Source: Haliotis rubra
Taxonomy: Eukaryota
NCBI RefSeq assembly: GCF_003918875.1
Contig: NW_025767406.1
Span: 310,001 to 374,000, forward strand
Length of the DNA: 64,000 bases
Reading direction: 5' to 3'
Shown here: piece by piece, positions 11,446 through 25,286 of the stretch
Numbering within the stretch: position 1 is the stretch's first letter
Layout: each line of letters begins with the position of its first letter
Made by a program: the position numbers and the translations under genes
The notes under the pieces: model-generated
The model's database searches: none
The model's input: only the letters and a program-made list of their open reading frames with translations
Told to the model about the DNA's origin: nothing

Positions 11446-14198
11446 GTGTCCCTTGTCTTCCAGGATGTGCTATAGATTTGTGAGTGAGTATGGTTTTACC
11501 CCACTTTTAGCAATATTCCAGCAACATCATGACGGGGAACACCAGAAATGGGCTTCCCATATTGTACCCATGTGGGGAATCGAACCCGGGTCTTCAGCGT
11601 GACGAGCGGACGCTTTAACCACTGGGCTACCCCACCGCCACCTATAGGTTTGTACACGTTTGTATACTACAGATAACTGGAACACCAGAGTCAGTCATAG
11701 AAAAGCCAAAAAATGACGCGATATTTGGCTGGCAAACCAAGGTCTATGATGACAAAGAATCTTGGATTCGAACTAACGTTCAGCGGATCTTTACACTGTT
11801 ACAGCATCCACGAAACCACCTCGAATTATGAGCACTTATACAAGGGCCAATAACAATGAATCAATATACATAAAACCCGTTTGCATAAAACTTGTCTCAA
11901 TTCGCTTGTGCTTTGTGTCCTGCAAAAACTGCAGAATGACATCAAGGTATGAAACATCACCAAAACCGCCAGTAAGATGATACACTTGTTCTCAAACGTT
12001 TGTTCAGATAACATCATTGGAAGTAGAAATATCATGACGTGCGATTACATAGACATATTTTCCTTGCCCCGACTCAAATGCGAACCGCACGGTCATACCT
12101 GTGATATCGAATCAGTAGATATCCATTTAATATTTTTTTAGCCTAATGGATAATAGCTCATCGTAAAGTTTTTGTCCATTACCACTTGACAAACGGCCGA
12201 AATAGTCCACAAAAAGTTAAAGTTAAAAGTTGGAAATTAGTTTTTCAGTCTAACAGTTTCACAAAGCTTTTGCCGTGTAATAACGGGAGGAACTTGATGA
12301 TGATTTATTCTTGAAAATGGCTTTTCAGAACCTTTCATAAGGACAACAATCTTAGCTATAACAGGGTGCTTTGCACAAGGAAACGATACCCCCGCAGTAG
12401 GATTCCTCCACATGTTGACACTATATTCCCTACTGAATCCAAAATGGAATTGCATTCAGTCTTTATTTGATTATTCGGTCGTTGGAAAACTATATATTAG
12501 TTCTACTGTCTCCGTCAATAAGGCGTACATAGTAAAAGCGGGGAGTGATTTACTACCGACGTATTTCAAAAGGTTGCATACTATCAGGGAAAGAAACCTT
12601 TCAAAAGTTCCCACTTGACCACGGGACCAGTGAGTGGACAATAATTAGTGGTCATGTCTGTACTTCACTGGTACAAAAAAACATTCGTAGATCTACTATC
12701 AATTAAACTATCAATACGAAATTCACTGGCCACCAGGACCACTACAAACTTATCATTTAGAGGTCCTGATGAATTTTACTAGCCAGGGACCACAGGACCA
12801 GCGTACATTTCGCACACTGCATACTGTATGAGTAAAGGGGAACGTGGGTGGATGGATGAATGGATGGACGGATGGATGGATGGACGGATGGACGGATGGA
12901 TGGATGGATGGACGGATGGATGAATCAGTTGATTCCCTTCTTAAGAAACAGGTGATTGAGGGTTATGTTAAATGGCAGAGAGTGAAAACAATGTTTAATT
13001 TCCTGAAACCCTCAATGTCACTGCACGTAACATTTTGTACATGCATAATTCAACACTGAATTAGTCAAGCGGTATTTGAGCGATATTTTATTTTATCTGA
13101 TCAAAATTAAATTCCAGTTGCATTATGTACCTTTGGTATTTCCATCACATTAAACAGGGTATCTCCAGTTCACTCAAATTCAAATTTAAAATCAAATAAG
13201 TCGTCTCTAGGAAATTTTAGTTTATACTGATTTAACTAGAATTGTAAGCCAAACTAATCGCTTGTGGGTCATCGTTTTGTCACTGGGCTTTTGAAACAAG
13301 CTATTCTCGACGTAACATCTAATGAGACAATTAGAATTTTGAACTTTTTCTCTATATGGAAGAAATATCTTAAAATTATATAAACTATATAATCATCAAA
13401 TCCCACATTTGATGTACTGATTTTGTAAAAGGATACTCTCGCTCTCGCCTTAAATTATAAAGTGAAAATTGTCATACAGAAAGAATACAAATTGCTGACT
13501 TACAGATATTTCTTACCCACGAAAAACTATCTCATAGATATAAAATGCTGGTGAGTTGAGGACACAGTTAAACAACGGTAAGCTATCAATGAAAAAATAA
13601 AGTCTAATTTAAGGTAATTGGTCCAATACGAATAGTCTTCTGGACATATGTGATTAATGGATTAGTATCTACTTTAGAGAAAGTGGAAATCGATATTCCA
13701 AAATACCGAATAGGGTGTTCCTATTTTGCAGATCTAGTCCTGGGGTGAGTGAATATAGATTTTATGTTGAATTCTCAGTTCCCCAAGCATGACGAAACTG
13801 GTTTGGACTAATTATTTCAAATTTGAAGAAGTCTGTACAAGTATATATTTAGTTTGAGGTGATGAACAGCTAATAATGAATTAAACAACCGAAACTGGAA
13901 TCAGTTAATACCGTATCCATTGTCAATATATCAGTTTTTCAAGTCTATAATCTTTTATTGTACAGTGTTTTATAAAATTAAATTAATCATAAAGAAAATG
14001 GATTTGGTGCCCATGAGAAATAACATAAAAACAACATGACATCGTGACGCCGTAATGTGCCTAAGTGCATACAGTTGTTATATAGACACAAATCGACACT
14101 GACCTCCACGATTCCATCGGGAACGCTATTATCGTCACGATAAGGCTGACACAAGTAATTTGACACCAGAATTCTATTAAATATTTAAGGTAACTTAC

Positions 14199-14274
14199 CT
14201 GCAAAACCTCGTGTTGTTATTAGAGCCACACAAACAAAGAAAGCACCGATTCTTGAACAGTTCATGGGAGTCAT
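14199..14274 (-). CDS. First coding exon of a secreted or membrane protein (signal peptide MTPMNCSRIGAFFVCVALITTRGFA|G); downstream exons not identified
   Basis: ATG at 14274 (alternative 14265); n-region Arg, hydrophobic core, small residues at -3/-1 (GFA); perfect donor CAG|GTAAGT at 14199/14198 in phase 1, typical of signal-peptide exons. Confidence 0.72.
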
Positions 14275-14559
14275 CGTGTAATAGTAGAGCAAAATATTTG
14301 CAACGATGATGGGAACTTCAGAAATAGTTAGTCTTCTTTTTGAAAAAAATATTCTCAATCTGTTTTGACTGTCGAAGAATTTCAGCAAATGAACACCACT
14401 TTCTTTCCTAGAACTAAGGATGTATCCAGAACTTTGGACAAGTGATCACGAGCGGATCCTCAGTCTTAAACTTGTACAAAGTAGTCCTTATGTGTTATTG
14501 AGGCTTGTAGCAATTCATGTTTCAAAGAGGCGCTTCCTTCCAACTTAACCTGTCTCCTC

Positions 14560-15230
14560 TGACGTCCGCTCGTTTTGGCGTTTCTGTGCTGTTTCCTCCC
14601 AGGTCCGCGCGATTGCTCACTTTCACGTCCGCGCGCGTGATGCCGATGGGCCTGTTTGCCCGCTGGATGCTGGTAGTTGACGCCTTTCCCTCCTACACTA
14701 TTTGTGGCCGACCCGGCGAATCACATGACCCTCTGGATGCATGGACTGTAGGATTCGATCGAAAACGCCCCAAATGAAATGTCAGTGATTTCCTTGTCGT
14801 TAAGAATCAATATGCAGGCAAAACTTATTTGCACGGAGCAAAGGTGTTACTTGGAAGGAGACGGGCCAGACGAGGCAACAACTAAATAGCACAGGGTCTA
14901 ATGTAGATAGCACTGGTGAAAGGCATTAGTCAAAGAAATGAAAGCTAGAGGGGTGTTAGTAGGGGGGCGATGGGACGTGTTTACAGTGCCCACGCTCATC
15001 TATGTATCTGTTGACGTGATGAGGAAATTGGTTAAGCTGACGTATTTCACCCCCATGATAATGAGTTCGGGCGTGTTTCTCGCTCTCCCTCTTCCCCTCC
15101 CCCTCTCTCGCTCTTCTCTGAGTTGTGTGTGTGTGATCTTTGTGTGTGTGTTTTTTTTCGTTTAAGAGTGCGCGTGCGTGTGTGAGAGAGGGAGGGGGGG
15201 GGGGGGGAGGGAAGGAGAGAGTCAGTCTGT
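14560..15230. promoter_or_regulatory. Putative 5'UTR/promoter region of the minus-strand gene (possibly bidirectional)
   Basis: CpG-enriched, transposon-free stretch with CT/GA tracts and poly-G immediately upstream of the signal-peptide exon. Confidence 0.5.
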
Positions 15231-17019
15231 GTTGTTGGAAGCTATAATGAAAGTCATCATGACATCTGTAGAGCGTATGCCGAGTCTATGTTGCTACATG
15301 TTGGTATTGGATTTCTAAGTCGTTATAAAGATCACTGTCGATTAACCAGAACCCAGCGAAGTTAAGAATTTAAACAGATCTTACCTAAAAGTCAATGAGG
15401 ATGCAGCATAACAAGCAAGATTATGAGATGAGATAAGTAGAAGTAGAAATTTTAGAAGAGGAATAGCATGGATCGTGGCTATCAACATGGGCTGCATGCT
15501 GGGCCTGATTGCTGGCTATTGCTGGGCCTAGTAGGTGCTGCTTCAATGCAACAGTCTATAAATATGATCATACAGACGGTAAGTTGTTTTTATGAGATCA
15601 ACAAAATAGGGTCCGTAATATAATCTATTTATCTATGTAGAGGGTTTCTCTAGATTCTCACCTTGGACGAAAATAGACCATGAGTGAGTGAGTATAAGTT
15701 TTTTCCTTATAACCTTTTCATTATAAACGTAGTGAACTGTTCCTATACTTGCAGATCATTCTCCTGCAACCCGTGCTTATGGGAAAGGCAAGTAACGGGA
15801 TCGGATGGTCCAGCTCGCAGACCTAGTTGATGCATGTTATCGAATCCCGGTTGCGTCGATCGATGTTCATGATGTAAATGACGAGACCGTCCGGTCAAGA
15901 CTTGATTATTTACAAAGAGAGAGTGAGTATGGTTTTACGCCGCTTGCAATTTTCCAGCAATACCACACCGCGGACACCAGGAATGGGCTTCACGCAGGAA
16001 TAGAACCCGGGTCTTCGGCTTGATGAGCGAACACTTTAGCCACGAGGCTATCCTACTGCCCCCGAGGCCAAGAGTGTCCAGTCATCGTTGGGGTTGCCAA
16101 CTTTAGGCGTGTCAGATTCTAGTGGTCGTTGGTTCGAATCCACCATCCACAGGTTGGTCAGCAGCTAACCCTTGCAGGAATGTTTCATCAAACTGGAAAA
16201 AGGCTTGATTCACTTTGTTATTTTCTCCAATATCAACTTATGAAGTTGACCGTGACACTGTTAAAAGCAGTGTTAAACCAAACACAATCATTTTGACAGG
16301 GGGGCTGTCGAACAATGGGAACAATATAAGGGAATCATATACGGTCGTGAAGATTGTGACTCAAGGACATAACTGATTATAATTAATATCATTTGATGCA
16401 ACGCCACAATCCCTACCAAAAAAACAACAACACACACCTCCACCACCACCCAAAACTGAACAAAGCAAAAACAAAAAAACAAACAAACAAAAAACATCCT
16501 CCCAAAAAACAAACAAACAAAAAACAAACAATAAAACCAATAATAAACAAAAAAACCCAACACACAACAACATCCAAAAATAAAATATAATAAAATATAA
16601 ATAAAATAAAAATTAAAACCCTGCCCCAACCCCACCCGCTCTAAAATAACAGAATCAAAACACAAAAACAAACAAACAAGCAGTCCCCACACCCTACTTC
16701 TGTTTCCCATTATCGTTCGATGCGTCGTTGTAAGTATGATAATTTGTTGTTATTTCACATGGCACAATATTAATCCTATATGATTGGGGTTTGCCATTAA
16801 TCAAGTCTAGACAAGACAATCCAGTGATACGATGGCCTGCATGCTTAAAGCCCAAGAGTCAACCACCCCACCCCGTAACTCGCCCCTAAAGACAAGCGTC
16901 GTTTGCTGAAGTGCCATTCTAACGTGGTTGTTCACGGGGGGACACGTACACTTAATAGGGCGAAATGTGGAATTGGAACCAACTACCATGTTATATTCAG
17001 GAATCTATTAGCAGAAATA

Positions 17020-17560
17020 TCACATGCAACCGTGTGCTAAGATCAACATGCAACCGTGTGCTAAGACCTACATGCAATGATAACCGTGTGTTAAGATCCA
17101 CATGCAACCGTGTGCTAAGACCCACATGCAGTGATAACCGTGTGTTATCATCCACATGCAACCGTGTGCTAAGATCCATCTGCAACCGTGCTAAGATCAA
17201 CATGCAGCTGTGTGCTAGGACCCACCAGCAAGCGTGTGCTAAGAACCACATGAAGTATCAACCATATGCTAAGATCCACATGCAACCGTTTAATAGGATC
17301 CACATGCAACCGTTTACTAAGATCCACATGCAACCAAGTCCCACATAAAGAGGCAATCGTGCTAAGATCGACATGAGGTACCAACCGTGTGTTTAAGACC
17401 CACATGCAACCGTGTGCCAAGATCAAGATGCAGCCGTGTGCTAAGATCCACATGCAACCGTTTGCTTAGATCCACATGATCCACATGAAGTATCAATTGT
17501 GTGCTAAGATCCACAAGAAGTATCAACCGTGTGCTAAGATTTACATGAAAATGCAACCGT
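17020..17560. repeat. ~24-bp diverged minisatellite (ccgtgtgctaagatccacatgcaa)
   Basis: ~20 units, 8-aa periodic ORFs. Confidence 0.9.
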
Positions 17561-18960
17561 GTTGTAAGCCATACATACATACTTATGTGGTAAGTATAAG
17601 TGAATTTGCAGCCATGTATATACATGTAGTTCATTGTCTTTAACAGAATTGCTCAAGAGCTTATTTATTGTTATATAATACGTAATGAGTATAGTCACTT
17701 TTTAAACAAAATATCGATTTTCCTCCAACATTTACGTTTCCCTCATAGTGTTATAACGTACATGCCAGTGTTTTTGTTGTTGTTTTTTAAAAATATATTT
17801 GGAATGCCAGAAACCTAATATCGTAAGTTCGAATCCCGGTTTGAGTATAATATGTTTGTAGGTCTGTCAGTTCCGGGCTCGAGGGTTAACGTCCCCAAGT
17901 GGTAAACATCAAACACCAGCATATTCTCCTTGAGTAAATGAGTGAGTGAGTTTAGTTTTACGCCGCTTTAAGCAATATTCCAGCAATATCATGGCGGGGG
18001 ACACCAGAAATGGGCTACACACATTGTACCCATGTAGGGAATCGAACCCGGGGTTTTGGCGTGACGAGCGAACACTTTAACCCCACCGCCCATCTTTCTC
18101 CTTGAAAGAAAATAATTTTAGTTTGAGAAATTTGGGATTAGACGTATTATTGATAACAAGTAGTCTTACAATACGAAGTCGCAACAGCAATTACCCATGA
18201 AGATCCGGGTTAGAATTGATCTTCATGCTTGAGGCGATTAACAGGATCGGATGGTCAGGCTCGCTGACTTGGTTGACACATGTCATCGTATCCCAATTGC
18301 GTAGATCGATGCTCATGCTGTTGATCCCTGGATTGTTTGGTCCAGAGTCGATTATTTACAGACCGCCATTATAGAATATAGCTGGAATATTGCAGAGTGC
18401 GGCGTAAACCTAAACTCACTCACTTACGCAATAGCAATTGGTCTTACTGTACTGAGAATACAGTGATGTTCATTAGTACACCAACGAGGCTTTCTTTGCC
18501 GTAGTCTGTATGCCATGTAATCACTCAAACTTTGACGCTTCTAATTCTCTCACAAAAATATCGCTAACCAAATATCCTACAAGCTTAGACATTACTGTCA
18601 GTAATTTTTATTCAAACCCGGCTGTGTCGACTACTGATTTCGACGTTATTCCGACAAACACACCACTAAATTCACTTTGTTGAACACAGAATTGCAGAAG
18701 AACGCCATGTGTGTTAACGCCCCAGAATTACCACTGAAATAAGATTTCACATAGAATATGTCAAGCACTTGTGTCCTGGCTGCCTTCCAATGATGATAAT
18801 GAAATAAGTGGTTAAGGTTTCGTGTCGCTTTGAATGGTATTTCACATCAAGTCAGCTGGACGCTGGACGACCAGTGACGATAATACATGTATATAGATAT
18901 ACCTAAATTGCACTTATCGCCAAAATACTAACTATTCATATCATGTTTTGTTTTGGTTGT

Positions 18961-19470
18961 TCCTTAGCGCCTAGATGGTAGGGTAGCCTGGAGGTAAAAG
19001 CGTTCGCTCGTCACGCCGAAGACCGGGGTTCGATTCCCCACATAGGTACCATGTGTGAAGCCCATTTCTGGTGTTCCCCGCCGTGATATTGCTGGAATAT
19101 TGCTAAAAGCGGCTTAAAAACTAAACTTAGTCAGTCAGTCAGTCCTTAGCGCCTGGATGGTAGGGTAGCCTGGAGGTAAAAGCGTTCGCTCGTCACGCCG
19201 TGAAGCCCATGAAGCCCATTTCTGGTGTTCCCCGCCGTGATATTGCTGGAATATTGCTAAAAGCGGCTTAAAAACTAAACTTAGTCAGTCAGTCAGTCCT
19301 TAGCGCCTGGGTGGTAGGGTAGCCTGGAGGTTAAAGCGTTCGCTCGTCACGCCGAAGACCGGGGTTCGATTACCCACATAGGTACAATGAGTGAAGCCCA
19401 TTTCTGGTGTCCCCCGTTATATTGCTGGAGTATTTCTAAAAGCGGCGTAAAACCAAACTCACTCACTCAC
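18961..19470 (+). mobile_element. Three tandem SINE-A copies duplicated together with 5' flank
   Basis: Each unit starts tccttagcgcct and shares the private variant gtagcctggagg; middle copy internally deleted. Confidence 0.9.
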
Positions 19471-19654
19471 TGAGTAGAACACGGTCCAAGCCATGAATAT
19501 AACGGAATGATATACAGAAGTATAACATTATTATTTAATAAGCTAAACATGTACATTAGTATAAACATGATATAAGAGTACTACGATATATTTAACAACC
19601 AGCAATTATTTGACTTATGAGACACTGTTAAGACATAGCACATATATGCAGCAT

Positions 19655-20005
19655 AAAAAATGGTAGTTAGATGACAAAAAAAGAAAGATAATTAAAAGAG
19701 TAAAAATATAAAATGTATAAGAGCAATTACATAAAAGACTGACGTCTTAAAACATACTTTTTACAGTTAAAGCTATATTTTCTAATTTTGCGATGCCACC
19801 AAAAGTAATAAATTATTGAGAATATCAATAAAAATTGGTAGATAGATGATAAAAAATGAAAAATAGTTAAAAGAGTAAAAAGATAAAATGTATAAAGAGC
19901 AATTACATAAAAGACATGCACACTTATTACAGTTAAAGCCATATTTTCTAATTTTGCGATATCAACAGAAGTAAATAAATCATTAAGAACATCAATAAAA
20001 TTGCA
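19655..20005. repeat. ~175-bp AT-rich direct duplication (2 copies)
   Basis: aaaagagtaaaaa..taaaatgtata..gagcaattacataaaagac...tattttctaattttgcgat occurs twice. Confidence 0.85.
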
Positions 20006-20318
20006 TGTGTGGAAATCCAAAAAATGTAAAACGAAGGTCAAGATAAAAACTACATTCTAAATGGAGGTGTATTTATAACGATATCTGATCCAGATTAGAT
20101 TGAGATATGTACGTATAGCTGGAATGTTTACTGAAATTGGCTTGAAATGACAAACGCACAAACAGATACGAAAATGATGCAAATCCCGTACGGACTCACA
20201 TCTCCCTCTCTCTCCCTCCCCCCTCTTTCTCCCTCCCTCCCCCGCTTTCTAATCCCTCTCCTCTCTCCCTCCCATCTTTCTCCTCTCTCTAACTCCCCCT
20301 CTCCCTCCCCTCTTTCTC

Positions 20319-20351
<33 letters not shown>

Positions 20352-20834
20352 TCTCTCTGTCTCTCTCTCAACATTATCATCAGAAATCAGACGTATTCAT
20401 GCACCTCAGTACCACCTTAAATACGATGATAACCATCTTCAAATACTGAGACGAGTATTGTTACAGAGGATAACAAATGAGGCCAATCACCATCCTTCCA
20501 ATTACCATCCCTGATGTGCTCCTGTCAGGGCGGAGATGTAGCTGTATCATCTGTCAAAATTTGCATCATGCTGGTGGAATTTGTAACTATAGTGATTAAG
20601 TATCACCGGCGTGGACAATGTCTGATACTTCCAGACGCTGATTATGAAATACGAGCTTGCCGTAACCGTAACTTATACTGATGTACAAAATAAAGCAAAC
20701 ACCTGGTGTTTTGGGATTATTTTCCTAAGAGAAACGTAATTAATTTAAAAAGTGTTTTCTTTGTAACGTTGTAACATGTAATGCTGACATTAGCATCCGT
20801 AGACATGTGGTGTCGAAACCCACATCATTCTGCC

Positions 20835-21850
20835 ATTAGCACTGGGGTAGCTTAACCCACGAAATTCGTGAATAAGCACATTTAGACTGGGATAGCCTAA
20901 CCCGGATAATTCTGCCATTTGCACATCAAATCTGGGGTAGCCTAATCCGTGAATAAGCACATTTAGACTGGGGTAGCATAACCCAAGAAACTCGTGAATA
21001 AGCACGTTTAGACTGAGGTAGCATAACCCAGAAGCTCGTGAATAAGCACGTTTAGACTGAGGTAGCTTAACCCGAGAAACTCGTGAATAAGAACGTTTAG
21101 ACTGAGGTAGCTTAACCCAAGAAACTCGTGAATAAGCACGTTTAGACTGAGGTAGCTTAACCCAAGAAACTCGTGAATAAGCACGTTTAGACTGAGGTAG
21201 CTTAACTCAAGAAACTCGTGAATAAGCACGTTTAGACTGAGGTAGCTTAACCAAGAAACTCGTGAATAAGCACGTTTAGACTGAGGTAGCTTAACCCAAG
21301 AAACTCGTGAATAAGCACGTTTAGACTGAGGTAGCTTAACCCAAGAAACTCGTGAATAAGCACGTTTAGACTGAGGTAGCTTAACCCAAGAAACTCGTGA
21401 ATAAGCACATTTAGACTGAGGTAGCTTAACCCAAGAAACTCGTGAATAAGCACATTTAGACTGAGGTAGCTTAAATCACGAAATCCTTCCATAAGCACAT
21501 TTAGACTGGGGTAGGAGAACCCACGAAATTCTTCCATAAGCACATTTAGACTGGGATAGTTTAAACCACGAAATTCTTCCATAAGCACATTTAGACTGGG
21601 GTAGGAGAACCCACGAAATTCTTCCATAAGCACATTTAGACTGGGGTAGTTTAAACCACGAAATTCTTCCATAAGCACATTTAGACTGGGGTAGGAGAAC
21701 CCACGAAATTCTTCCATAAGCACATTTAGACTGGGGTAGTTATAACCACGAAATTCTTCCATAAGCACATTTAGACTGGGATAGCCTTACCCATGAAATT
21801 CTTCCATAAGCACATTTAGACTAGGGTAGCCTAACCCACCAATTCTACCA
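20835..21850. repeat. 45-bp tandem array (~22 copies, two sub-variants)
   Basis: tttagactgaggtagcttaacccaagaaactcgtgaataagcacg, period 45 (21058, 21103, 21148...); variant switch near 21470. Confidence 0.95.
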
Positions 21851-24511
21851 CTAGCAGCTTTAACAACTCTACAGTACATCTCCAGTATATCAGCACGGAA
21901 CGGAATAACTGTAAAATTGGTACAAACTATTTAATCCTGACTGATTTCATAAAATGAAGAAAAAGGAATCACTGTATGTAATTTCTGCAAGTTGTTCTGT
22001 TTTGTTTTCTTGTAATAATTGTAGCTAAACAATCTTATACATAGTGTCATAGAATTTGTAATTACAGCAACCAACAGTGACCATTTCCTAGTATTTTCGT
22101 ACTTTCCCTTTATTGATTCATACAAGTTAAATTTGCTTTAAAAAAACAAGTTACTATTGAAATTAAAAAAAATACAAAATGTAAACTAATTAAGAAAACA
22201 TCTCATCCCGGAAACGGCTCAGGTGTCCATTATGGGATATTTCGGGCAGGTATTCTTTCAAAGACTATACCAAAACCCAAGAGGTGTCAATCGTGTCTTT
22301 GCGCTTTTAATGTCAGGGTTTCTCAGGGGATACCCACTGTGTTTGAAGATGGGGAAGTAGATGAACCGAGTTTTTAATCTGACTGTATCCGGATGTGTGA
22401 ACAGGTCACAGTATGCATGTACCACTTCGGGCGTACACAACGTTTGTAGTCCAATATGTTGCTGCCTTTCTTGCGTGAGGATTTCACTTTGAGGTCAAAT
22501 CATGTTAGTACTCGCGAAATCGGGCTATTTTTTTCTCCCAGTTTGTTTGTCTGGTTCGCTGTTTTCGGTTGAAATGAGAGATAAACGTGCCATACCTCTG
22601 TCTAGATCTTCAACTGGCTCTCGGTGATATAATTGACTTTTATTGCATTGGTTTGCAATGTTTCACAAATGGATTAAAGTGTTACCATAATCCGTTTTGT
22701 TTTGTTTTACGCCGCTTTTAGCAATATTCCAGCAATTCCCCAAACGCTCCTTGCCTCCTTGGTATCGGTACCACAATGGTTTCCAGTTGTTCTCGTCAAC
22801 GTATCAAAGAGTGAGTGAGTTGAGTTTTACGCCGCTTTTAGCAATATTCGAGCAATATCACGGCGAGGGACACTAGAAATGGGCTTCACACATTGTACCC
22901 ATGGGAATCGAACCCGGGTCTTCGGCGTGACGAGAAAAGGCTTAACACCGCTTTTAATGATATGCCAGTTATACGACAACGGTCAGCTCTCTGTGGAAGC
23001 GAAGATCGAAGTGATTCCTGTTTTGACGCTCTGGGTGAAACCCTCAAGCACGGGAATGGTGCTAATAAACCTGAACTTAGTCATTGCGATCGGGATTCGA
23101 ACCCACTAGGGTTCTGGTTTGCGCAAGGGACGCAACTCTTCACAGCTAATTGCGACGCGTTAGGTGACTGGGTAACCCGTGCCAACAGTGAATGAGTGAG
23201 TTTAGTTTTACACCGCTTTTAGCAATATTCCAGCAATATCATGGCGAGGGACACCAGAAATGGGCTTCACATTTTACCCATGTGGGGAATCGAACATTGC
23301 TTTGTAAATAATCAAGTCTTGACCAGACGGTCTCGTCATTTAGTTAGTCGCCTCTTACGACAAGCATGGGTTACTGAAGATCAATTCTAACTCGGACCTT
23401 CACGGGTTACTGTGTTTAAGAAGTTCTTATCCTAGAGACGTGTATAAAGAATTTAACCTATTTATGAATCGCAGCCAAACAGAAAAATAAAACCGAACTT
23501 TAAATCATAAAGTACAAATTGAATAAGCATTTATGAGGGGTCGATCCCTAGCCGTTAATGTGATGAGTGGATTGCTTCATAACAGCTGAAGGAATGATCT
23601 TTTCAACGAGAGTAATCTCCCTTCGATTGCTACTGTACGTTGTGAAAGTCGCCTTTAAACAATCCAACATAAATGTTTAGCTATGCGTGCAGCTTTAAAT
23701 GATAAATGGACCTCTTGGATGTGTCAGTATCACCCTAAGGGAAAAGATATGAATTTTACGTAATTCATACAATTTAAAATTTAATAATTTCATTATGTCT
23801 ACTTAATCATCCCTCGTTCAAGCAACGGTTAAAGGTAATCTATTGCCGTCTTACAGTTCTATTTTGAGTAATATTAGATTGATTCGATAAAGACTGGGGT
23901 AACAAATGAATTTGCAAATACATGTCCCCTACAAGGTTTGAAATGTCAATTTGTTCTCAAAAAGAAAATTTTTGGGTTTAAAATAGAAAACGTTTAAAAT
24001 ACCCAAAAGTTGTACATTATGCATTAGGCAAACAGCCACTTTAATCTAACCTTATGCACTTGATAAAAATGGTTTTTATGGCACCAATCAACCATTTTGC
24101 AGATCATGGAACGAGTCATTGACAAGTACACAACACCTGTGAATAGCAGGTATGGGATCCACAAGATGCAGCGACATACTGCAACCTAGGATCCATGCTT
24201 ACAATAAGCTTAGATATTTAAACCAAATTAGACCCCACATCATAGTTTTCTGTTGAATCAATGGTTTGATCCTTAGCAAAGTGTGAATAGTATATTCCGC
24301 AAGAGTGATGTTTTTTCAATTGAAAATCTAGATTATGTTAAAATGGACAGGTAGACCTTCATTTGCTCTCCGGCTTTACAAGTGAAAACGACAGTCTAGC
24401 TAAAGGTTGGTTACAGGAAATCGAGATGAGTGATTGAGTGAATGCGTGAATGAGTTGAGTGTACCCATGTCGAACCCGAGTCTTCGGCGTGACGAGCGAA
24501 TCCTTTATTTA

Positions 24512-24969
24512 CAGCGTTTAAAATTCCCGCCTGCCCGGCCGTCCGGAACGGTCAATTTTCATCTCGGAAGGTCAAATTTCAAAAGTAGCCTGTCCGGTGG
24601 TCTGGTAGATATTTTTACCCCTAAGAGTAAATATTTCATAATATCAGACAGGTTCTCTTGTCGTCAGTTTGAGGTGTGTATGGTATTATGAAAATTATGT
24701 TAAACTACATACGACTGTACAGTTCATGTTACGATAACCAATCACAACACATGTACTTTCAGTTTATCTAAACTCGGTGCATTGCCTGTCAGTGCTATGT
24801 AGTTCATTGCGATGCCTACAAACAGTGAATGGAGCTTGCACGAGTTGGCAATGGCAGTCACAGTTTTTATTGTTGAAAACCGGACAGGCAAGTTTGTATC
24901 CGGACTGGTAATTTTTTAAAGTTACCAGTCCGGCTGTCTGGTTTGGAATTTTGGGAGTTTTAAACACTG
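24512..24969. mobile_element. hAT-like MITE inserted into a SINE-A copy
   Basis: TIRs cagcgtttaaaattccc / gggagttttaaacactg; subterminal ccggac repeats; SINE sequence gacgagcgaa...ctttaacca resumes after the element. Confidence 0.7.
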
Positions 24970-25286
24970 CCTTTAACCAAAAGGCCACACCACCTCCCCG
25001 GGATCGACATGAGACTGTGATGACCACTGTGAGACTGGTTGTGTTATCCCACGTTTATCATACTGGTGTTGTTGGCGCTTGTTGGTTTGAGAAGAGCAAA
25101 GGTTTGTATTGCAACACATACATTAATACATCACACGAAAACCACTGCAATGGTTTCTTGGAATGACAGTGAGAGGAAGACAAAGCATCTATTCCTTGTA
25201 TCATTTATTAACTAAATGGGTTCTGTAAGACCTACACTGTGAGAGCTACACTTAGGAGTAATAAATACATTACCGTATAGAACAAA

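Noticed and set aside
21008-21768. Leu-periodic ORFs resembling LRRs
   Set aside because: 15-aa period from a 45-bp DNA repeat; broken by 1-bp indels; no LRR consensus
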